Shown: positions 23,246-32,657 of the stretch, piece by piece | Layout of the letters: the number at the start of each line of letters is the position of its first letter | How positions within the stretch are numbered: the first letter of the stretch is position 1 | NCBI RefSeq assembly: GCF_006345805.1 | Contig: NW_021832771.1 | Coordinates: forward strand, 1-32,657 | Direction: 5' to 3' | Length of the DNA: 32,657 nt | Source: Octopus sinensis | Taxonomy: Eukaryota | Notes under the pieces: generated by a model | Databases searched by the model: none | Seen by the model: the letters and a program-made list of their open reading frames with translations, nothing else | Told to the model about the DNA's origin: nothing | Position numbers and translations under genes: made by a program

Positions 23246-24264
23246 GTGTGATGTTATATATTGGCAAAAGTCAGTCTATGAATTTTACGTTTATATTGAA
23301 AGATTCCGTATTCTTTCCCTATGAAAAAAGAAAATTGTCCGAAACGTTAATATCTTGCCATTTTTACTAAATATCTGTTTTATTTCTCGTAGTCCACATA
23401 GAAATGTCTCTGTTGGTCTTCATAAACGCTAGTACTTGATGGTATACTGGTTTCCTCTACCATTGATATGATCTCTAATAGTAGCGCACGAAGTATAGCA
23501 TGTTTGCTTATTGACTCAGTTTTTGTGATGAAAAACTATTGCAGGCAGTGTAAAATGCAATATACTATACACGCGGTTTCTCTTTTGCCAATAAAAAAAT
23601 TGGATGTTACAATGTCTAATTTGTGTGTGCATGTGCATGTGTGTGTATGTAGATATGTGTGTATGGTTGTGGTCATGAGAACTTTATAAATTTTGGAGTG
23701 AATGTGAAATAATTCTTGTTTTGGAACGTTAGATCTTTAAGCACAACACATTATACTAAAATAAAATCTAAAAATAATTAACATGTAAATATTGGGTTTG
23801 AAAATCTCTTTGGGATAATAAAAGTCGAAGTCTGCCCGTGGAACACGAACCCAGGAGATGTAGGTTTGTGTCCCACAGTCAACCTTCGACGGAATGACTT
23901 GCGAAAAAAGGTACCAGCGATAGATCGGGGCTTGTGGGGTCGGAGCGTGGCCTGATCATCGCTACATTTGTGTTGTCTCTATATTGTTAACTTCATTCGA
24001 TTTTTTAATATTTTATTTAAATGTTTAAAGTCATATTATATGTAAAATCATATCGCACTACTGATCCCATCAGTTGTTCTGTCCATTTCTATGTTTGGCC
24101 CCCGGTGGGTAATAAAAAAATTGGTATTACTTCTGGCCCTTTTCATTCTTAGTCCAGATCCATCCGAGTTCAAATTTGTCCTCATCTTCTCAGGTGTAAT
24201 AAAAGAAAGTAATAGTCATGTACGAAAGTTAATTTAATCGAAAGTTGAAACTACAGGTCTTATG

Positions 24265-24465
24265 GGCTGGCAGAATCGTTAGGGGCAGCTGACGAAATGC
24301 TTTGTGGCATTTGTTCCGGCTCGTTACGAGTTCAATTCCAACCAGTGTCAACTTAATACTTTATGAAAGGATTCGATAAAATAAGATATAAGTCAAGCAC
24401 TGGGATCGAGGTAATCAATTAGCATTCTCTCCATAAATTTATTGGTCTTGTGCTAAAGTTTGAAA
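24265..24465 (+). mobile_element. Old SINE family B copy
   Basis: gctggcagaatcgttag..gacgaaatgctttgtggcattt..gagttcaattcc. Confidence 0.7.
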
Positions 24466-24930
24466 TAATTACTAATATTTTTTACTCTTGTACTACTAAA
24501 ATATCTACAAATTGTAGTCTACATTTATATTTTATCCTTTGGAGAAATTGATGCATTGAAACATTTGTAAAGTTGTAAGGTATTGATTATTAGAAAGATA
24601 TACTCTATGATCATATGTATTGAGTACTTTATTATGTCGTAGCACTTGAAATTCTATCGCAGACTACATAGAAGCCTACATAAAAATGCACACATATACA
24701 TGTGTGTGCGTGTGTGTATGTGTATGTATATACATATACATATGTATATGCACATATAAATACGTATGCACGTGTATACACACATATTTGCATACATGCA
24801 AACATACATGTTACTCACGTATATAGATACAAACATGTGTGCATATATATGTGCGTGCGTGTGTATATGTATGCGTGTATGTATGTGTGTGTGCATTTGT
24901 GTGTGTATTTACCTATACGCACATACTTGC

Positions 24931-24962
<32 letters not shown>

Positions 24963-25852
24963 TATATATTCATTTATGTACGCAAGCCCATTTATAGATT
25001 TGGAAAGCGAAGCATATGTGCTGTACAGGTCAAGTTAGCGTCACGAACATACCAGCAACAGGGGCCATTACACTTCTCATACGTCTTTGCTAATCAGTTA
25101 CTTCAAAATTTCATGCCTACCATCATCTTACTGATTATTCACTCAACCACTTTGACCGCATGTTTTCAGATTAATCTCCAGATCTATTCTAGTTTCATAC
25201 GGTTATCTCTTTATCTCGTTATTTATTTGATCGTATTTCGTCTGCAGCTAGTCAACCAGTCCCACAGTTGTCTCGTCCATGCTGACATTCACACTGCAGT
25301 TGTGCTGGCTGTTGTACTGTTCTGTACGTTTTCCCTTTTATTTTTTTTCTTGAATATTTTACTTATATGATATTTCTGTAGTTCTATGCTTCAGTGTAGT
25401 CGTCAAATCAAATATTACATGACCCAACCACCACATGTTCTTTGTCGGAATTTCAAACCTGGAATCAGATCAGTTCGTGCTAAACAAGAACATATACGTA
25501 TACAAGAAGCCATGCACAGAGACAAGCAACCTCGTATACTGACACAACGACATTTTTTTTATCGCTCTTTCACTCTGATTCTAAATTTCATTCTTTCTAT
25601 TTCTCTCACTACTTCATCTCTCTTTCTCTCTTGCTTTCTGCCTCTCGTTTATATACACATATATTTATGCATGCATGCGTGCATGTATGTATGTATGTAT
25701 GTATGTATGTATGTATGTATGTATGTATGTATGTATGTATGTATGTATGAATGAATGTATATATGTGTGCTTGTGTATTTAGAAATATAGAAAGCGCGAA
25801 ATATTGTATACTTAAATGAACTTTATTTATATACAAGTATACACGTGTACAT

Positions 25853-25948
<96 letters not shown>

Positions 25949-25984
25949 CTATATATATATATATATACATATATAGTTAATCTA

Positions 25985-26172
25985 AACATAAACAAAGAGA
26001 AAACACAACAACTCAAAGTACGTGGAACAAGTATAGTGTTATTGGCCGCTCAGGAAAGGAAAGAAAGAAGGAAGATTTAACGTTTTGAACGGAGCTCTTC
26101 GTCAGAAACATAGGAAAAGGAAAGGTCCAAGGAAGGGAGACGGAGAAAGAAAATCACCAACGATACACACGC
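25985..26172 (-). mobile_element. Penelope-like terminal remnant with degenerate hammerhead-like core
   Basis: Minus strand CTGACGA-A-GAGC-tcc-GTTC-AAAAC (26080-26105); abuts (TA)n. Confidence 0.45.
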
Positions 26173-26178
26173 ACTCCC

Positions 26179-26209
<31 letters not shown>

Positions 26210-26235
26210 TAATAATGTATATTCATACACATATA

Positions 26236-26894
26236 TGAGGGGAAGTCAAAAATTATCCGTACTTTTGCCGTAACATATCTTCATTATTGTCACACTGCCT
26301 TCTGCGCATGCACTCTGATAGTTGGTAATATTTTAGTCATGTGATCGAAGTTTGAACCCTGGTCGCGCCATTTTTCCTTTCTGGCTTTACAATGTAAACA
26401 TGGTCGCTCCACTTGCAATGTGCATTAAAGAAGAACAAAGAGCAGTAATCCGAGAAATGGTAATGGTGAACCTGTTCACCATTACCATCTCTCGAGCTTG
26501 CTGAATCTTCTAGTGAGTAGTGAAGATTTGACAGGCGTCGTGCTCTCTCTCTTCGTGCGTCACGCTTGTCCGGCCACTTTTAAACTTCTCGATCCACTCA
26601 TACACACTTCCACATGATAGTGTACTGTTACTGTATTGTGATAAAAGCCTCCGATAAATTTCAGCACCTGACACATCTTCCGACCAGAGAAATCAGATCG
26701 CTACTCTTTGTTCTTCTTCGGTACACATTGCTAATGCTTACACTGTAAAACCAGAAAGAAAAATGGCGCGATTAGGCACAAACTTCGATCACGTACCCAC
26801 AATAGTACCAATTGTAATCTTGCGTGCGCAGTAGGCAGTGTGACAATAAATATATATTATAGAGAAAGTGCGGATAATTTTTGACTTTCCATCG
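26236..26894. mobile_element. Foldback mariner derivative made of two inverted 5' ends
   Basis: TA TSDs at 26234-26235 and 26895-26896; TIRs gggaagtcaaaaattatccg / cggataatttttgactttcc. Plus arm encodes MVAPLAMCIKEEQRAVIR (ATG at 26400). Minus arm encodes AMCTEEEQRVAI*FLWSEDVSGAEIYRRLLSQYSNSTLSCGSVYEWIEKFKSGRTSVTHEE, the mariner N-terminal HTH region. Confidence 0.93.
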
Positions 26895-26985
<91 letters not shown>

Positions 26986-27091
26986 ACACACACACATATA
27001 TATATACATCCATACATCCATACATTCATAAATACATATCTATATATATATATATATGTATGTATATATATATATATACACATATACTATA

Positions 27092-27132
<41 letters not shown>

Positions 27133-27502
27133 TATATACATATATACATATATTATATATACATATATATATATATACATGCCTATATACATACATAGTA
27201 CACACACACACACACACACATAGGGATTCTCACGTCGAGATGGATGTTACATGACCAGTTGTGCAACTGATTAACCAACTCGTTTAAGTTACTGCATGAG
27301 TGGCTGAATATTCCGTACAAATGAAAATCAGCATGACAGGTTAGGCATTTCAATTACAAGTACAACCCAGCTTTCATACGTTTCCTGTCAGTACATTTGA
27401 TAACCCGAGGTTATCATCAAAAGATAACCACGCAAGATGCCATGCAGTGGGATCGAAATCTGAGGCTTATGATTGAGAATTGAAGCTCTTAACCACCTAC
27501 CT

Positions 27503-28410
27503 AAGCGCAGGAATGGCTGCGTAGTAAAAAGCTCGCTTTACAACCACGTGGTTTCGGGGTCAGTCCCAGTTCATGGCACCATGGACTAACGTTTTCTGCT
27601 ATAGTTCCGGACACACAAATGAATGCTTTGTGAGTAAATTTGGTAGATAGAAACTGTGTGGCAAAAACGTAAGCACGCCGGGCGAAATGCTTAGTGGTAT
27701 TTCGTCTGCCGTTACGTTCTGAGCTCAAATTCCGCCGAGGTAGACTTTGCCTTTCATCCTTTCGGGGTCTATTAAATAAGTACCAGTTACGCACTGGGAT
27801 CGATGTAATCGACTTAATCCGTTTGTCTGTCCTTGTTTGTCCTCACTGTGTAGTGTAGTAGTAGTAGTAGTAGTAGTAAGTAGTACTGTGTTTAGCCCCT
27901 TGTGGGTAGTAAAGAAATAGGTATTTCTTCTGCCGCTACGTTCTGAGTTCAAATTTCGCCAAGGTCGACTTTGCCTTTCATCCTTTCGAGGTCGATTAAA
28001 TAAGTACCAGTTAGACACTGAGGTCGATATAATCGACTTAATCCGTTTGTCTGTCCTTGTTTGTCCCCTCTGCGTGTAGCCCCTTGTGGGCAGTAAAGAA
28101 ATAAGAAACTGTGTGGGAGCCCGTCGGATATAAACACACACACACACACACACTATATATATACACGTGTGCGTGCGTGTGTGTGTGTGTATGTGTGTTT
28201 CTTTGTGTCTGTGTTTGTCTCTCGCCAGCGATCGACAACCAGTGTTGGTTTATTTACGCCTTTGTGAATTAGTTGTGTTTCGGTAATAGAAACCGAAAGA
28301 AATACAATCAATACCCGGAATAAATTCTGGGTGTTCATCTGTTCAACTAAAACCCTTCAAGGTGGTGCTCCAGCGTAACCACGTTCCAATGACAAAAACA
28401 AGTAAAAGAT
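27503..28410 (+). mobile_element. Old SINE family A interrupted by a family B dimer
   Basis: Family A head at 27503-27661; the remainder resumes at 28104 and runs to tgacaaaaacaagtaaaaga at about 28410. Confidence 0.85.
27662..28103 (+). mobile_element. SINE family B dimer flanked by one 13-bp TSD
   Basis: TSD agaaactgtgtgg at 27649-27661 and 28104-28116; unit junction aaagaaata|ggtatttc at about 27919. Confidence 0.92.
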
Positions 28411-28676
28411 AACAGATACTCAGACATACATACATACGCATACACACGCGCACACACACATACACACATAGATACACAAACACACTAACACAAATACGCA
28501 CGCAATTGCACACACAAGTACACACGCGCGCGCCTTAGTAGAAACACACTCACATCTATATTTCATCTTTTGAAAGGTTAACCTCGTTTTTTTGTTGTAT
28601 TTAAACAAACGTTCTTCTCTTTATTACAACATTTTATCTTCATCATCGTCATCAACAAGCAGTCTCTTTATCGTAG

Positions 28677-28952
28677 ATGTTTGTCATCATATGTTTCATT
28701 CTGCCTGTGTTTCTACTGGAACCCCCACCACTATCGCAAACCACCACCACCACCACCACCACCACCACCGCCAGAACCACCACCACCGCAACCACCACCA
28801 TCGCCACCACCATCGTCACCACCACCACCACCACCACCACGACCACCACACCACCACCACCACCACCACCACCACCATTACCTTCTCTGTTGGATTGGTA
28901 CATCAATAATGACTTCTGCAGACACATTGACATGGTATCTTTCAAGAATTAA
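28677..28952 (+). CDS. Candidate small secreted Thr/Pro-rich ORF or exon (91 aa)
   Basis: ATG directly after the acceptor-like gtctctttatcgtag; hydrophobic MFVIICFILPVFLL, then a Thr-rich run, poly-Pro and the unique tail LDWYINNDFCRHIDM; possible donor ATG|gtatct. The middle is an (ACC)n repeat, so it may be chance. Confidence 0.25.
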   Translation: MFVIICFILPVFLLEPPPLSQTTTTTTTTTTARTTTTATTTIATTIVTTTTTTTTTTTPPPPPPPPPLPSLLDWYINNDFCRHIDMVSFKN

Positions 28953-29128
28953 CAAGACCCAACCCACTTTTGCAATGCCGAAGCAGGAACTAAATTGAGC
29001 AATTAACAAACAAATAAACAAATCCTCACAAAAAAAAAACGAAATTATTTCAAAAATTATAAAATGTACACAGAAAGTACAAAAGAATGTAAATGATAAA
29101 TATATTGTATGAAATATATGTAATATAT

Positions 29129-29516
29129 GGATGGAAGCACTCCGTCGGTTACGACGATGAGGGTTCCGGTTGATCTGAATCAACGGAACAGCCTGCTCGT
29201 GAAATTAACGTGTAAGTGGCTGAGCACTCCACAGACACGTGTACCCTTTACGTAGTTCTCGGGGATATTCAGCGTGACACAGAGAGTGACAAGGTCGGCC
29301 CTTTTGAAATACAGGTACAACAGAAACAGGAAGTAAGAGTGAGAGAAAGTTGTGGTGAAAGAGTACAGCAGGGATCACCACCATCCCCTGCCGTAGCCTC
29401 GTGGAGCTTTTAGGTGTTTTCGCTCAATAAACACTCACAACGCCCGATCTGGGAATCGAAACCGTGATCCTATGACCGCGAGTCCACTGCCCTAACCACT
29501 GGGCCATTGCGTCTCC
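29129..29516 (-). mobile_element. Full-length SINE family D with 11-bp TSD
   Basis: Highly similar to 19940-20325; TSD atgtaatatat at 29118-29128 and 29517-29527. Confidence 0.95.
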
Positions 29517-29611
29517 ATGTAATATATATGCATGTGCGAGTATGTATGTGTAAATTTATCAGATAAATCCACACACACACGCACACACGCACGCACGCAT
29601 ACACAAATATA

Positions 29612-30038
29612 TATGGGCGCAGGAGTGGCTGTGTTGTAAGAAGCTTGCTTCCCAACAAGATGGTTCTGGGTTCAGTCAAACGACGTGGTACCTTGGGCAA
29701 GTGTCTTCTACCATAGCTACGGGCCGACCAGAGCCTTGTGAATGGATTTAGTAGACGAAAACTGAAAGAAGTCCGTCGTATATATATATCACGTTGCTCC
29801 AGTTCACTCAGCTGTAGAAATGAGTTGCGACGTCACAGGTGCCAAGCTGTATCGACCTTTGTCTTTCCCTTGGATAACACTGGTGGCGTGGAGAGGGGAG
29901 GCTGGTATGCATGGGCGACTACTGGTCTTCCATAAAACAACCTTGCCCAGACTTGTGCCTCAGAGGGTAACTCTCTAGGTGCAAACCCATGGTCATTCAT
30001 GACCGAAGGGGGTCTTTACCTTTTTATATATATATATT

Positions 30039-30090
<52 letters not shown>

Positions 30091-30098
30091 GAGATAAG

Positions 30099-30168
<70 letters not shown>

Positions 30169-30345
30169 TACGTATATATTTGACAACCGATGTTGATATA
30201 CTTACGTCCCTGCAACTTAGCGGTTCAGCAAACAAGTGGATAGAATAAGTACTAGGCTTAAAAAAATAAGTCCTGTGGTCGATTTGTTCGACTAAAGCCA
30301 GTACTCCAGCATGGCCGCAGTCAAATGCCCGAAACAAGTAAAAGA
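29612..30345 (+). mobile_element. SINE family A split by a family C insertion (29790-30022) and a (GATA)n tract
   Basis: Head ggcgcaggagtggctgtg..ccttgggcaagtgtcttc at 29612-29790; family C body at 29790-30022; family A 3' half at 30180-30345. Confidence 0.88.
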
Positions 30346-30434
30346 ATGAATATGTATATATATATTCATGTATATATATTGTATATATGTATGTATATAT
30401 GTATGTGTGTGTATGTATGTTTTTTTTTATACTC

Positions 30435-30835
30435 TTTTATACTTGTTTCAGTCATTTGACTGCGGCCATGCTGGAGCACCGCCTTTAGTCGAGCAGATCA
30501 ACCCCGGGACTTATTCTTTGTAAGCCCAGTACTTATTCTATCGGCCTATTTTGCCGAATCGCTAAGTGACGGGGAAATAAACACACCAGCATCGGTTGTC
30601 AAGCAATGCTAGGGGCGGCAAACACAGACACACAAACATATACACACACATACACACATATATATACATATATACGACAGGCTTCTTTCAGTTTCCGCCT
30701 ACCAAATCCACTCACAAGGCATTGGTCGACCGGGGCTATAGCAGAAGACACTTGCCCAAGATGCCACGCAGTAGGACTGAACCCGGAACCATGTGGTTGG
30801 TAAGCAAGCTACTTACCACACAGCCACTCCTGCAC
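30435..30835 (-). mobile_element. Full-length SINE family A
   Basis: Complete from the head (rc of accacacagccactcctgc) through ccttgggcaagtgtcttc to the 3' tail. Confidence 0.95.
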
Positions 30836-30914
30836 TTGCTATGAGGAAGCACAATTCTGTGGAGTTGGTAAACAGAATTTTCAATTCCGACTCCTCTATC
30901 TGTTCATAGATTAA

Positions 30915-31050
30915 CCCTTTCATTACCATATTTATTTTGAGATGTTCTGTGTTTCTTTCAATTACTTCAAATATAACGAAGAATTTAGTAAAATAATTTA
31001 ATTATTATTAAGCTAGTGTTAGGAACATTAATTGTGACTAAAGTTTGGTG
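30915..31050. mobile_element. piggyBac-like MITE fragment
   Basis: TTAA followed by a CCCTTT terminus; no second end found. Confidence 0.35.
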
Positions 31051-31084
31051 GAAGCATATATTTATGTATGTGTGTGTGTGTGTA

Positions 31085-31330
31085 TGTATATTGAGGTGCA
31101 GGTGTGGCTGTATGGTAAGAAGTTTGTCTCCTAACAATATGGTTCGGGTTCAGTCCCGTTGCATGGTACCTTGGTTAAGTGTTACTATTGCCTCGGACCA
31201 AATAATGCTTTTTTGAGTGGATTTGGTATAGACAAACTAAAAGAAACACGACGTATAGATATATATCCATTTATATCTATATGTGTGTGTGTGTTTGTGT
31301 GTGCGTGTGTTTGTGTGTGCGTGTGTTTGT
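31085..31330 (+). mobile_element. SINE family A, 5' half, diverged
   Basis: ggtgcaggtgtggctgtatggtaag..gggttcagtcccgtt..ccttggttaagtgtt. Confidence 0.8.
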
Positions 31331-31416
31331 GTGTGCGTGCGTGTGTGTGGTGCGTCTGTGTGCATATATATATATATTATATGTATACATATACATACAT
31401 ATATACATGCATACTC

Positions 31417-31449
<33 letters not shown>

Positions 31450-31637
31450 TACTTATATTATATATATATATAAATATATATATATAATAGTTATCGCCAT
31501 ACGAATATGGCTTCTTTATAAAATAAGAATAAAGCTGTCCGCTTATTAGCTCCATGAGGCATCGTATGGCGATAACTATTATTTTCCAGGACCGCTGCCG
31601 TGTTCTCTTTTAGAGAGACTTAGTAATTTTAATATTC

Positions 31638-31680
<43 letters not shown>

Positions 31681-31737
31681 GTATACACACACACATATAT
31701 ATGTGTTATATATATAATATATACATGTACATATATA

Positions 31738-32135
31738 TCTTTTATTCTTTTATTTGTTTCAGTCATTTCACTGCGGCCATGCTGGAGTACCGCCTTTAAT
31801 CGACCAAATCGACCCCAGGGCTTATTCTTTGTAAGCCTACTACTTATTATATCGGTCTGTCTTGTGAAGCCGTTAAATTACGGTGGACAAAAACACATCA
31901 ACATTGGTAGTCAAGTGATGTTGGGTGGTGGGGAAACACAGATACACAACATATAAATATATAATATATATATAAGACAGGCTTCTTTCAGTTTACGTGT
32001 ACCAAATCCACTCCCAATGCTTTAGTCGGCCCGGTGCTATAGTAGAAGACACTTACCCAAGGCACCACGCAATGGGACTGAACCCGGAACCGTGTGGTTG
32101 GTAAGCAAGCTACTTACCACAGAGTAAATCCTGCG
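31738..32135 (-). mobile_element. Full-length SINE family A, diverged
   Basis: Same block order as 30435-30835. Confidence 0.9.
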
Positions 32136-32141
32136 CCTGTG

Positions 32142-32174
<33 letters not shown>

Positions 32175-32657
32175 TGTGCGTGTGTATGTGTTTGTGTGTG
32201 GGTGTGCTAGTGTATGAAAGTATTTATGAATGTAAGTACGTATATTTGTATGTATATGCATCGAGAGAAAGAGTGACAGACAGACAGACAGACAGGCAGA
32301 AAGTGGGAGAGAGAGAGAGACAGAGAGAAAGAAGGAGGGAAAGAAAGAGACGGGAATGATGAAGGATGAAACAGAACCATTTACAAATACAAGTTCTTTA
32401 TTTCCAGTCTCGTCAGTCTACAGTATTTGGGCGGATGCCCTTAACCAAACTCTGTCACTGAACGAAAGATTAATTATCCAAAATGGCTGGAGTTTATTTT
32501 CTCTCTAAGAGAACCTGCTTCATAGAATCTGAATCAAAGACTTTTCTGTGTTATAACGAATGGCTCGGTTCATATTCCGTTTATTACTTAATTTATATAA
32601 TTTGCTCGATGAATTTATTTAGCTGTGAGTTACATTGAATGTGAGAAGTGAGGCGGT

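Noticed and set aside
32356-32510. About 51-aa ORF MMKDETEPF...GWSLFSL
   Set aside because: Short, no recognisable motif, and within chance expectation.

Overview
Eukaryotic, repeat-saturated, AT-rich DNA, most likely an octopus (coleoid cephalopod) intronic or intergenic region. The species call rests on recognising tRNA-derived SINE families and on the dense TA/CA/TATC/CATA/ACC microsatellites; it was not checked against a database. No complete protein-coding gene is visible, and almost every ORF in the track is a microsatellite translation artefact. Recognisable content: about 25 SINE copies from five families (several with target-site duplications and nested insertions), a non-autonomous Helitron, MITEs, two mariner relics (one a foldback), a CR1/L2-type RT relic and Penelope-like terminal remnants. 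A few short plus-strand segments have good splice signals and may be small exons of a long-intron gene. Most interesting unexplained structures: (i) a diverged ~310-bp tandem repeat ending in an inverted copy with an 82-nt pre-miRNA-sized hairpin at its centre (12810-14440); (ii) SINE multimers with the same junction at two loci, one dimer flanked by a single TSD pair; (iii) an unusual number of long foldbacks.
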